Source of the DNA: an uncultured Gemmatimonadales bacterium
GTDB taxonomy: Bacteria > Gemmatimonadota > Gemmatimonadetes > Longimicrobiales > Longimicrobiaceae
DNA length: 64,000 nt
Direction of reading: 5' to 3'
Assembly (NCBI GenBank): GCA_963716255.1
Contig: OY970303.1
Coordinates: 1,824,001-1,888,000 of the forward strand
Part shown: one piece after another, positions 9,659 to 18,818 of the stretch
How the letters are laid out: each line of letters starts with the position of its first letter
Position numbering within the stretch: position 1 is the stretch's first letter
Translations under genes and position numbers: made by a program
The notes under the pieces: generated by a model
What the model saw: the letters and a program-made list of their open reading frames with translations, nothing else
What the model was told of the DNA's origin: nothing
Databases searched by the model: none

Positions 9659-10396
9659 ATGGAGAACCACGAGCAGCCGCTGATCCACCTGGAGGGCGTG
9701 AGCAAGGTGTTCCTCACCGAGGAGGTGGAGACGCACGCCCTCGCCAACGTGCACCTGGAGATCCGCTCCGGCGAGTACGTGGCCATCGCGGGCCCCTCGG
9801 GCGGCGGAAAGACGACGCTGCTGTCCATCCTGGGGCTGCTGGACTCGCCCACGGACGGGACCTACCGCCTCAACGGCCGCCCGGTCTCGGGGCTCTCGGC
9901 GGCGGAGCGCGCGCGGATCCGCAACCGCGAGATCGGCTTCATCTTCCAGGCGTTCAACCTGATCGGCGACCTGACGGTGTACGAGAACGTGGAGCTGCCG
10001 CTGACCTACCGCGGCATGTCCGGGACGGAGCGCAAGCAGCGGGTGCAGGAGGCGCTGGAGCGGGTGGGGATGGGCCACCGCACCAACCACTACCCGTCGC
10101 AGCTCTCCGGCGGCCAGCAGCAGCGCGTGGCCGTGGCCCGCGCCATCGCCGGGAAGCCGCTGATCCTGCTGGCGGACGAGCCGACGGGGAACCTGGACTC
10201 GGTCAACGGCGAGGCGGTGATGGGCCTCCTCCAGGAGCTGCACCGCGAGGGCGCCACCATCTGCATGGTGACGCACGACCCGCGCTACGCGCAGCACGCG
10301 GAGCGCTCGGTGCACCTGTTCGACGGCCAGGTGGTGCGCGACGAGCGCAGCCCCGTGGCGGCGGAGCTGGAAAGGCACGGCTTCGAGCTGGCGTGA
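9659..10396 (+). CDS. ABC transporter ATP-binding protein (MacB/LolD type)
   Basis: Walker A GPSGGGKT, FIFQAFNL, LSGGQQQR, LADEPTGNLD, VTHD. Confidence 0.95.
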   Translation: MENHEQPLIHLEGVSKVFLTEEVETHALANVHLEIRSGEYVAIAGPSGGGKTTLLSILGLLDSPTDGTYRLNGRPVSGLSAAERARIRNREIGFIFQAFNLIGDLTVYENVELPLTYRGMSGTERKQRVQEALERVGMGHRTNHYPSQLSGGQQQRVAVARAIAGKPLILLADEPTGNLDSVNGEAVMGLLQELHREGATICMVTHDPRYAQHAERSVHLFDGQVVRDERSPVAAELERHGFELA

Positions 10397-10468
10397 GCCG
10401 AGCGCGCGGGGTGAGCCCGGCACGGACCGGGACGCCCCGGGCACGCGGATGCGCGGAACGCAGGACGG

Positions 10469-10552
10469 GTCCGCCCGTGGGACGCTGATCCCACGGGCGG
10501 ACAACGCATCGGAGGGAAGAAGCCCCAGGCCGTTGCCACGCAGCGGCCTGGG
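10469..10552 (+). repeat. Repeat module C (double hairpin), copy 1
   Basis: gtccgcccgtggga-N6-tcccacgggcggac and cccaggccgttgc-cac-gcagcggcctggg; related to 13291 and 21495. Confidence 0.7.
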
Positions 10553-10596
10553 TCGTTATCGTCCGGGGCACGGTGCGGAGGCGCGCGCCGGCACCC

Positions 10597-10733
10597 CGCG
10601 TGAGGGATTTCGGCCCGAAGGGGCGAGACCCCGCGGGCAGTTTTCGCGGGGGCTCGACTCCGTTACGCACGGTTGTTTCGTGCGTTACGGAGCCGAAGCC
10701 CGACCCCGGCGCCAGCCGGGGGCACGCCCGAAC
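10597..10733 (+). repeat. Structured intergenic element A, copy 1 (candidate ncRNA/ssDNA element)
   Basis: cgcgtgagggatttcgg...gggcacgcccgaac; stems covary with the other copies. Confidence 0.9.
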
Positions 10734-10766
10734 ACGCAGTTCACAACACCCATTAAACGACACGAC

Positions 10767-13232
10767 ATGAATACCCTGCTCCAGGATCTCCGCTACGGCT
10801 GGCGCGCGCTGCTCAAGAGCCCCGGGTTCGCCGTGACGGCGGTGCTGACGATCGCGCTGGGGATCGGGGCGACCACCACCGTCTTCACCCTCGTGAACGC
10901 GCTGCTGCTGCGCCCCCTCCCGGTGGCGGAGCCGGGGCGGCTGGTGCAGGTGGAGGAGCTGCGGCGGCCCAGCGGGGGCGGGGAGCCGTTCGGGACCACT
11001 TCGTACTCGTACCCGCGCTACGCGGAGCTGCGCGACGGCTCGGGCCGGGTTCTCACGGGGCTGGCGGCGCAGGGGATGGGCGACATGGCGCTGCGGTCGG
11101 GGAGCCAGGCGGAGGCGGTGATGGGCGTCTACGCTTCGGGCAGCTACTTCGGGGTGCTGGGGATCCGCCCGGAGGTGGGACGCTTCTTCGGGGCGGACGA
11201 GGACCGGCCGGGAAGCCCGGGCGCGGTGGCGGTGATCAGCGAGCACCTGTGGAGGACGCGCTTCGGGGGGGAGCGCTCGGCGCTCGGGCAGACCATTCAC
11301 CTCAACGGGCAGCCGGTGACGGTGGTGGGGGTGGCCCCCCGCGGCTTCGGCGGGACGTTCGTGGGGGTGCAGGCCGACGTGTGGGTCCCCATCGCGATGT
11401 ACCCGCGGCTCAACCGGCAGCCGGACGAGGACACCTACGGGCGGGGGCGCCACGTGTGGCTGACGCTCTTCGGGCGGCTGAAGACGGGGGTGTCGCAGGA
11501 GCTCGCGGCGTCGGCGATGGGCGCGGCGGCGCGGGGCATCGCGCCGGAGCTGGAGGGCGACGCGCCCCCGGTGGGGGTGCGCCTGCAGCCGCTCACGGGC
11601 CTGCCCCCGGATGCGCGGGGGGCGGTGCTGGGCTTCATGTCGATGCTGCTCGCCACGGCGGGGCTGGTCATGCTCATCGCCGGGACCAACGTCGCGGGGA
11701 TGATGCTGGCCCGGGCGACCACGCGGCGCCGCGAGGTGGCGATCCGGCTGGCCGTGGGAGCGGGACGCGGACGCCTGGTGCGGCAGCTCCTCACGGAAAG
11801 CCTGGTCCTGTTCGTGGCGGGGGGGACGGGGGGGCTGCTGCTGGCGATCTGGCTGTCGAAGCTGATCGCGGCCTTCCAGCCGCCGGTGCAGCAGCGTATC
11901 GCCCTGGACCTGGGCCCGGACCTGCGGGTGCTGGGCTTCACCCTGCTGCTGGCGCTGGTCGCCGGGGTGGGCTTCGGGCTGACGCCGGCGCTGCGGGCGT
12001 CGCACCCGGACGTGCTGCCCGTGCTGCGCGAGACTTCGGGCGGCCGGGGGGCGGGGCGCACCCGGCTGCGCAGCGCTTTCGTGGTGGCGCAGCTCGCCAT
12101 GTCGCTGCTTCTGCTGGTGACGGCGGGGCTGTTCGTGCAGGCGCTGCGCGGCGCCCTGGCGACGGACCTGGGCTTCGAGCCGGACGGGGTGGTGGTGGCC
12201 GACCTGAACCTGCGGGCGCAGGGCTTCGACTCGGTGCGCGGCATGGCGTTCCACGCGCAGGCGGTGGAGCGGCTCTCGGGGCTCCCGGGGGTGGAGGCGG
12301 TGGGGGCGGCGCGGTTCGCCCCCATGAGCGGAAACCTGCTGACGACGACCGTGGACACGCGGGAGCGCCCCGTCGCGACGGACGTGGCGGGCCGGCGGGA
12401 GTCGAACACGAACTACATGGAGGTGGACGACGGCTACTTCCGCGCCCTGCAGGTCCCGCTGCTGGCCGGCCGGGGCTTCACCGCGAACGACCGGGAGGGC
12501 GCCACGCCGGTGGTGGTGGTCAACCAGACGCTGGCCCGCCGCTGGTGGCCGGGGGAGAGCCCCGTGGGCAAGCGACTGCGGGTGTTCGACGTGGAGCACG
12601 AGGTGGTGGGCCTGGCCCGCGACGGCAAGTACCAGGAGCTGGGCGAGGACCCCGTCTCCTACGTGTACCTGCCCATGGCGCAGCGGAACGTGGACCGCAT
12701 GACGCTCTTCGTGCGGTCGCGGACGGAGCCGGGCTCCACCCTGGCGGCCGTGCGCCGCGAGATCGCCGCCCTGGACCCGGACATGCCGCTCCAGCAGGCG
12801 ATGCCTTTTCCGGCGATGGTGGGGATGAGCCTGTTCCCGCAGCGCATCGCGGCGGTGCTGGTCGGGGTGTTCGGGGTGCTGGGGCTGGTCCTGGCGGCGG
12901 TGGGGATCTACGGCGTGCTGGCGTTCCACGTGGGGCAGCGCACGCAGGAGATCGGGGTGCGGATGGCGCTGGGCGCCACCGGCGCCGACGTGGTGCGCTT
13001 GGTCCTGCGGCAGGGCATGGTGCTCGTGGCCGTGGGCGTGGCGCTGGGCCTGGCCGCCGCCTTCGCCGCGACACGCCTCCTCGCCAGCTTCCTCCACGGC
13101 GTGAGCGCCACCGACCCCGCCACCTTCGTCGCCGTTCCCCTCCTGCTCGCCGCCGTCGCCCTGCTGGCGAGCTGGCTCCCCGCCCGCCGCGCCTCCCGGG
13201 TGGACCCCATGACGGCGCTGCGGACGGAGTGA
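10767..13232 (+). CDS. ADOP-like duplicated ABC permease (2x MacB-PCD/FtsX) 1
   Basis: MNTLLQDLRYG...LALGIG-type start, RREVAIRLAVGA, C-terminal PARRASRVDPMTALRTE. Confidence 0.92.
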   Translation: MNTLLQDLRYGWRALLKSPGFAVTAVLTIALGIGATTTVFTLVNALLLRPLPVAEPGRLVQVEELRRPSGGGEPFGTTSYSYPRYAELRDGSGRVLTGLAAQGMGDMALRSGSQAEAVMGVYASGSYFGVLGIRPEVGRFFGADEDRPGSPGAVAVISEHLWRTRFGGERSALGQTIHLNGQPVTVVGVAPRGFGGTFVGVQADVWVPIAMYPRLNRQPDEDTYGRGRHVWLTLFGRLKTGVSQELAASAMGAAARGIAPELEGDAPPVGVRLQPLTGLPPDARGAVLGFMSMLLATAGLVMLIAGTNVAGMMLARATTRRREVAIRLAVGAGRGRLVRQLLTESLVLFVAGGTGGLLLAIWLSKLIAAFQPPVQQRIALDLGPDLRVLGFTLLLALVAGVGFGLTPALRASHPDVLPVLRETSGGRGAGRTRLRSAFVVAQLAMSLLLLVTAGLFVQALRGALATDLGFEPDGVVVADLNLRAQGFDSVRGMAFHAQAVERLSGLPGVEAVGAARFAPMSGNLLTTTVDTRERPVATDVAGRRESNTNYMEVDDGYFRALQVPLLAGRGFTANDREGATPVVVVNQTLARRWWPGESPVGKRLRVFDVEHEVVGLARDGKYQELGEDPVSYVYLPMAQRNVDRMTLFVRSRTEPGSTLAAVRREIAALDPDMPLQQAMPFPAMVGMSLFPQRIAAVLVGVFGVLGLVLAAVGIYGVLAFHVGQRTQEIGVRMALGATGADVVRLVLRQGMVLVAVGVALGLAAAFAATRLLASFLHGVSATDPATFVAVPLLLAAVALLASWLPARRASRVDPMTALRTE

Positions 13233-13290
13233 GGAACGGCAGGGAATAGGGAACAGCCTGCAACTGCGGTACGAAGTACGCGGACGCGCG

Positions 13291-13410
13291 GGTGTCCGCT
13301 TGCGGGACGATGAATCCCACGGGCGCACATCCGGCCGAGCAAGAAAAATCCCAGGTCGTTGCGATGCAACGACCTGGGATTTTTCGTGGAGGGCACGCAC
13401 CTCGCTTTGG
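13291..13410 (+). repeat. Repeat module C, copy 2, including a perfect 20-bp terminator-like hairpin (13343-13385)
   Basis: gaaaaatcccaggtcgttgc-gat-gcaacgacctgggatttttc. Confidence 0.75.
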
Positions 13411-13444
13411 GTGTGCGGCGTGGACGCCCACGCGCCGGCACCCC

Positions 13445-13490
13445 GCGTTACGGAGCCGAAGCCCGACCCGGCGCCAGCCGGGGCACGCCC
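13445..13490 (+). repeat. Element A, internally deleted copy
   Basis: Only the 3' part remains (gcgttacggagccgaagcccgacccggcgccagccggggcacgccc). Confidence 0.8.
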
Positions 13491-13552
13491 AGACCGTCTG
13501 TCGAAGCTGTTCAAGCAGTTCAAGCCGTCCAGAAACCCCACGAGGCTCACCC

Positions 13553-15976
13553 ATGGACACGTTGCTCCAGGACCTGCGCTACGCGTTCCGCACCCTGTCG
13601 AAGAGCCGCGGCTTCACCGCGGTGGCCGTGCTTTCGCTGGCGCTGGGGATCGGGGTGAACACGGCGGTGTTCAGCGTGGTGAACACCTTCCTGTTCCGCC
13701 CGCTCCCCATGAGCGACGCGGAGCGGGTGGTGATGCTGTTCACGACCCAGGCGCGCCAGGGGATCGAGGGGGCGCCGTTCAGCGTGGCGGACCTGGAGGA
13801 CGTGCGCGCGCAGAGCACGACGCTGGCGGACGTGGCCGCGGTGGCGCGGGGCGGCTTCAACCTGGCGGGCGGCGACGAGCCGGAGCGGGTGTCGGGGGCG
13901 TGGATCACCCGCAACCTCTTTCCCCTCACGGGCGAGAAGCCGCTGCTGGGACGCAACTTCCTCCCGGAGGAGGACCGCCCGGGCGGGGAGCCGGTGGTGA
14001 TCCTGGGGCACGGCCTGTGGCAGCGGCGCTTCGGGGGGCGGGCGGACGTGCTGGGCCGCACGGTGCTGGTGAGCGGCAGGCCGCGCGTGGTGGTGGGGGT
14101 GATGGGGCCCGCGTTCAAGTTCCCGGAGACGGAGGAGCTGTGGGTGCCGCTGCAGGCGGACCCGGCGGAGGCCCGGGGCGAGCGCTACCTGCTGGCGATC
14201 GGGCGGCTGCGCCCGGGCGCGGCCGTGGAGGCGGCCGACGCGGAGCTGGCGGGGATCGCCCGGCGCGCGGAGGCGGCCAGCCCGGCGACCAACGCGGGGT
14301 GGAGCTTCGGGGCGAGGCGCTGGCGCGACGAGTGGGTGGACGCGGAGCTGCGCCTCTCGCTCTTTTTGATGATGGGGGCGGTGAGCTTCGTGCTGCTGAT
14401 CGCCTGCGCCAACGTGGCCAACCTGCTCCTGGCGCGGGCGGCGGGGCGCGGGCGGGAGATCGCGGTGCGGGCGGCGATGGGGGCGGGGCGGCGCCGCATC
14501 GTGCGGCAGCTGCTCACGGAAAGCCTGCTGGTGGCGGTGGCCGGCGGCGCGCTGGGGACGCTGGTGGCGATGTGGTGGATCGACTGGACGATGTCGCGGA
14601 TCCCGGAGGAGCTGGCGTACTGGATCGTCTTCCGGGTGGACGGGCGGGTGCTGGCGTTCACCCTGGCGCTGTCGGCGGCGACGGGGGTGGGGTTCGGGCT
14701 GCTCCCGGCGCTGCGCGCTTCGCGGACGGACCTGGTGGGCTCGCTCAAGGACGGGGCCCGCTCGGGCGACGGCGGACCGGGGCGGAGCCGCCTGCGCGGC
14801 GCGCTGGCGGCGGGCGAGGTGGCGCTGGCGCTGGTGCTGCTGGTGGGCGCGGGGCTGATGGTGCGCAGCTTCATGGCGGCGACGCGCGCGGACGTGGGGG
14901 TGGACACGGAGCACGTGCTGACGATGCGCACTTCGCTGACCGGGAGCCGCTACGAGGGCACGGCGGCGCGGGTCGCGGCCTTCGAGCGGATCGCGGCGCG
15001 GGTGGAGTCGCTCCCGGGGGTGAGGGGGGCGGCCTGGTCGCTGGGGGTGCCGGGGAGCGACGCGGGCGGCGTGGGGACGACCATCGTGGCGGAGGGGCAG
15101 CCGCGCGCGCCGGGCGAGGAGATGGCGGTGCGCTACCTGTCCTCCACGCCGGGGGTGTTCCGGGCGTACGGGGCACCGCTGCTGGCGGGCCGCGACTTCA
15201 CCGCGCGGGAGGCGGCGGACAGCACCTCCACCCCCGTGATCCTGGGCCAGGCGGTGGCCCGGCGGCTGTGGCCGGGGCAGGACCCGCTGGGGAAGCGGGT
15301 GCAGCTGGTGGTGGGGGAGCGCACGCCGTGGCTCACGGTGGTGGGGATCGCGCCGGACCTGCGCTACGAGGAGCCGGGCGACGGCGACCCGCAGGCGGCG
15401 CTGCACGCCTACCTGCCGTACGCGCGGGCCGGGTTCGGGATGATGACGCTGGTGGTGCGCACGTCGGGCGACCCGGCGGCGACGACCCCCGCGGTGCGGC
15501 GCGAGGTGCGCGCGGTGGACCCCGCCCTCCCCGTGTGGGACGTGCGCACCATGCGCGAGACGCAGGCGTACGCCGCCTGGAACCGCCGGCTGATGGGGGA
15601 GATCTTCGGCTCGTTCGGGGCGCTGGCGCTGGTGCTGGCGACGCTGGGCGTGTACGGGGTCATGGCCTACGCGGTGTCGCAGCGCACCCGCGAGATCGGC
15701 ATCCGCATGGCGCTGGGCGCGCAGGCCGCGGACGTGCTGCGCATGGTGGTGGGCCGCGGCGCCCTGATCGCGGCTGCCGGGGTGGGCGCGGGCCTGCTGG
15801 GCGCCTTCGCGGTGTCGCGGGTGATGCGGGGGATCCTGTTCGGCGTGCAGCCCGGCGACCCGCTGACCTTCGGCGGCGTCGCCGCGCTGCTGCTGGGGAC
15901 CGCGCTGCTGGCCAGCTGGCTCCCCGCCCGCCGCGCCGCCCGCCTGGACCCGCTGACCGCCCTGCGGACGGAGTGA
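13553..15976 (+). CDS. ADOP-like duplicated ABC permease 2
   Basis: MDTLLQDLRYAFR, LLIACANVANLLLAR, PARRAARLDPLTALRTE. Confidence 0.92.
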   Translation: MDTLLQDLRYAFRTLSKSRGFTAVAVLSLALGIGVNTAVFSVVNTFLFRPLPMSDAERVVMLFTTQARQGIEGAPFSVADLEDVRAQSTTLADVAAVARGGFNLAGGDEPERVSGAWITRNLFPLTGEKPLLGRNFLPEEDRPGGEPVVILGHGLWQRRFGGRADVLGRTVLVSGRPRVVVGVMGPAFKFPETEELWVPLQADPAEARGERYLLAIGRLRPGAAVEAADAELAGIARRAEAASPATNAGWSFGARRWRDEWVDAELRLSLFLMMGAVSFVLLIACANVANLLLARAAGRGREIAVRAAMGAGRRRIVRQLLTESLLVAVAGGALGTLVAMWWIDWTMSRIPEELAYWIVFRVDGRVLAFTLALSAATGVGFGLLPALRASRTDLVGSLKDGARSGDGGPGRSRLRGALAAGEVALALVLLVGAGLMVRSFMAATRADVGVDTEHVLTMRTSLTGSRYEGTAARVAAFERIAARVESLPGVRGAAWSLGVPGSDAGGVGTTIVAEGQPRAPGEEMAVRYLSSTPGVFRAYGAPLLAGRDFTAREAADSTSTPVILGQAVARRLWPGQDPLGKRVQLVVGERTPWLTVVGIAPDLRYEEPGDGDPQAALHAYLPYARAGFGMMTLVVRTSGDPAATTPAVRREVRAVDPALPVWDVRTMRETQAYAAWNRRLMGEIFGSFGALALVLATLGVYGVMAYAVSQRTREIGIRMALGAQAADVLRMVVGRGALIAAAGVGAGLLGAFAVSRVMRGILFGVQPGDPLTFGGVAALLLGTALLASWLPARRAARLDPLTALRTE

Positions 15977-15982
15977 GGGAAC

Positions 15983-16130
15983 GGCGGCCCCCACCCGGCT
16001 CGCTTGAGGCTCGCCACCCTCCCCCAATTCTGGGGGAGGGCTTCCTGACCCTCGGGCTCGTCGTGTCGTGCTCCCCCTCTCCCGCTTGCGGGGGAGGGGG
16101 CCGGGGGGAGGGGGCCCCAGCGGACGCCAG
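15983..16130. repeat. Palindromic repeat module B (REP/MITE-like)
   Basis: Reverse complement matches about 36698-36855; hairpins ccctccccca-attc-[13 protein letters not shown] ctcccgc-tt-gcggggg. Confidence 0.8.
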
Positions 16131-16139
16131 TTCGAAACC

Positions 16140-16272
16140 CGCGTGAGGGATTTCGGCCCGAAGGGGCGAGACCCCGCGGCAGTTTGCGGGGGCTCGACTC
16201 CGTTGGCGAGCGTTGTTTGCTCGCCTACGGAGCCGAAGCCCGACCCCGGCGCAGCCGGGGGCACGCCCGAAC
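16140..16272 (+). repeat. Element A, complete copy
   Basis: P4 CCCCGC-GGCAGTTT-GCGGGG; P5 GGCGAGC-GTTGTTT-GCTCGCC. Confidence 0.9.
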
Positions 16273-16315
16273 CCGCAGTACCAGAATCCGACGAAACCCA
16301 CGACGAGCCGACGCC

Positions 16316-18775
16316 ATGGACATCCTTCTCCAGGACCTGCGCTTCGCGATCCGCACGCTGGCCAAGACCCCGGCCTTCACCCTGGCCGCTGCGCTGACGC
16401 TGGCGCTGGGGATCGGGGCGAACACCACGCTGTTCAGCGTGGTCAACGCGGTGCTGCTGCGGCCTCCGCCGCACGTGGCGCGGCCGGACAGGCTGGTGTC
16501 GCTGTACACCAGCGACTACAGCGGCCCGGCCTTCGGCTCGTCGTCGTACCCGGACTACCTGGACTTCCGCGCGCAGACGGCGGTGTTCGAGGGGGTGGGG
16601 GCGTTCGCGCCGCGGCCGGTGGGGATCGCCGAGGGGGAGCGGCTGGAGCGCGCCGGTGCCGAGGTGGTGTCGGAGAACTACTTCGGCGTGCTGGGGGTGC
16701 GGCCGCTGCTGGGGCGCTTCTTCACGGCGGAGGAGGGGAAGCCGGGCGCGGCGCCGGCGGTGGTGGTGAGCCACGACCTGTGGCGGCGGCTGCTGGGCGG
16801 AGACCCGGCCGTGGTGGGGAGGACGGTGCGCGTCAACTCGCAGCCCATGACGGTGGTGGGGGTGGCACCGGAGGGGTTCGTGGGATCGCTGCGCGGGGCG
16901 GCCTTCGACGTGTGGATCCCGGTGGGCGCCGCGCAGGCGGCGGGCTTCGGCGAGGGCGACCTGCAGGGGCGCGGCAACCGCGGCAGCTTCGTGCTGGCGC
17001 GGCTGCGCCCCGGGGTGACGCGAGAGCAGGCGCAGGCGCGCATGGACGTGGTGGCGCGCGAGCTCCACGCGGCGCACCCGGAGGCCTGGACGGACCTGAA
17101 GCGGCAGGGGCGGCGCGTCACGCTGCTCCCGGAGCGCGAGTCGCGCATCCTGCCGCAGGTGCGGGGGCCGGCGCTGGGCTTCCTGGCGCTGCTGGGGGTG
17201 ACGGCGGGGCTGGTGCTGCTGATCTGCTGCGCCAACGTGGCGGGGCTGATGCTGGCGCGGGCCACCGGGCGCCTGCGGGAGATGGGGATCCGCCTGTCGC
17301 TGGGGGCCAGCCGGGGCCGCGTGGTGCGGCAGGTGCTGACGGAGGGCGCGCTGCTGGCGGCGGCAGGGGCGGGGGTGGGGGTGCTGGCGGCGGTGTGGAC
17401 CACGGACCTGCTGATGAAGGTGCGGATCCCCGCGCCGGTCCGCATCGGGCTGGACTTGAGACCGGACGCGCGGGTGCTGGCGGCCACCGTCGCGGTGACG
17501 GCGGCGGCGGTGCTGCTCTTCGGGCTCGCGCCGGCGCTGCGGGCGAGCCGCCCGGACGTGGTCGGCGCGCTCAAGGGCGAGCCGGAGGCGGGGGAGCGGG
17601 GGCGGCGCGTGACGCTGCGCGGCGCGCTGGTGGTGGCCCAGGTGGCGATGTCGCTCCTGCTGATGGTGGGGGCGGCGCTCTTCGTCCGCACCCTGCAGGG
17701 CGCCGCCCGCATCGACACGGGCTTCCGCGCGGAGAACCTGCTCCTGGTGTCGCTGGCCGGGCCTCCGGGGCACGGGGAGCCGGCCGAGGGGGCGCGGATC
17801 GCGCGCGAGCTGCAGGTGCGCGCGGCGTCGATGCCGGAGGTGGTGGAGCTGAGCTGGGCGACGGCGGCGCCGCTGGGGATGAACGGGAGCCGCCGGGGGA
17901 TGAGCGTGCAGGGCTACCAGCCGGCGGAGGGGGAGGACATGGAGTTCCCCTTCAACGTGGTGGGTCCCCGCTACTTCGAGACCATGGGGATCGCGCTGGT
18001 GCGGGGCCGCGGGCTGACGGAGGAGGACCGCCCGGGGGCGCCGGGCGCGGTGGTGGTGAACGAGACGTTCGCGCGGCGCTTCTGGCCGGGGAGGGACCCG
18101 CTGGGAATGCGGATCAGCGTGTCGGGGCCGCAGGGACCGTTCCTGACGGTGGTGGGGGTGGCGCGCGACGGCAAGTACGACTCGCTCGCCGAGGAGCCGC
18201 GCCCGTATGCCTACTTCCCCGCGCTGCAGGACCCGTGGGGCACCATCCTGCACGTGCGCACCGCCGGCGACCCGCTCCGCGTCCTCCCCTCGCTGCGGCG
18301 CGAGGTGGCGGCCGCGGCCCCCGGCTGGACGCTGGAGGAGCCGCGGACCCTGGAGGAGCAGGTGGCCACCTCGCTCCTCCCGCAGCGCGCGGCCGGCCGG
18401 GTGCTGGCCCTGTTCGGCACCCTGGCGCTGATGCTCGCCGCGGTGGGGGTGTACGGGGTGCTCGCCGGCGCGGTGGCGCAGCGCCGCCACGAGATCGGCG
18501 TGCGCATGGCGCTGGGGGCCCGCGCCGGGGACGTGCTCCGCATGGTGCTGGCGCGGGGGATGAAGCTGGCGGGGCTGGGCGTGGCCATCGGCCTGCCGGC
18601 CGGGTGGGCGCTGGCCCGCCTGCTGGGCGCGTTCCTCCTGGGCACGAGCCCCGCGGACCCCGCCGCCTTCCTGGGCGCCTCGCTGCTGCTGGCCGCCGTG
18701 GCGCTGCTCGCGTCGTACTTTCCCGCGCGCGCCGCCACGCGGGTGGACCCCGCGATCACGCTGCGGGCGGAGTAG
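16316..18775 (+). CDS. ADOP-like duplicated ABC permease 3
   Basis: MDILLQDLRFAIR, LLICCANVAGL, PARAATRVDPAITLRAE. Confidence 0.92.
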   Translation: MDILLQDLRFAIRTLAKTPAFTLAAALTLALGIGANTTLFSVVNAVLLRPPPHVARPDRLVSLYTSDYSGPAFGSSSYPDYLDFRAQTAVFEGVGAFAPRPVGIAEGERLERAGAEVVSENYFGVLGVRPLLGRFFTAEEGKPGAAPAVVVSHDLWRRLLGGDPAVVGRTVRVNSQPMTVVGVAPEGFVGSLRGAAFDVWIPVGAAQAAGFGEGDLQGRGNRGSFVLARLRPGVTREQAQARMDVVARELHAAHPEAWTDLKRQGRRVTLLPERESRILPQVRGPALGFLALLGVTAGLVLLICCANVAGLMLARATGRLREMGIRLSLGASRGRVVRQVLTEGALLAAAGAGVGVLAAVWTTDLLMKVRIPAPVRIGLDLRPDARVLAATVAVTAAAVLLFGLAPALRASRPDVVGALKGEPEAGERGRRVTLRGALVVAQVAMSLLLMVGAALFVRTLQGAARIDTGFRAENLLLVSLAGPPGHGEPAEGARIARELQVRAASMPEVVELSWATAAPLGMNGSRRGMSVQGYQPAEGEDMEFPFNVVGPRYFETMGIALVRGRGLTEEDRPGAPGAVVVNETFARRFWPGRDPLGMRISVSGPQGPFLTVVGVARDGKYDSLAEEPRPYAYFPALQDPWGTILHVRTAGDPLRVLPSLRREVAAAAPGWTLEEPRTLEEQVATSLLPQRAAGRVLALFGTLALMLAAVGVYGVLAGAVAQRRHEIGVRMALGARAGDVLRMVLARGMKLAGLGVAIGLPAGWALARLLGAFLLGTSPADPAAFLGASLLLAAVALLASYFPARAATRVDPAITLRAE

Positions 18776-18818
18776 GGCCGTCGAAGGATTCTCATTCGTT
18801 CACCGCTCGCCGGACATC

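Noticed and set aside
10449..10766. N-terminal extensions of permease and aminotransferase ORFs through element A
   Set aside because: Copies are read in different frames, and the conserved MxTLLQDLR starts lie downstream, so these are chance open frames.
13547..18490. 1647-aa minus-strand ORF and similar long antisense ORFs (901-3714, 10203-13550, 21730-24573, 41335-44364, 53758-56448, 60049-63315)
   Set aside because: Shadow frames of real genes in very GC-rich DNA; Arg/Pro/His/Gly-rich with no domain motifs.
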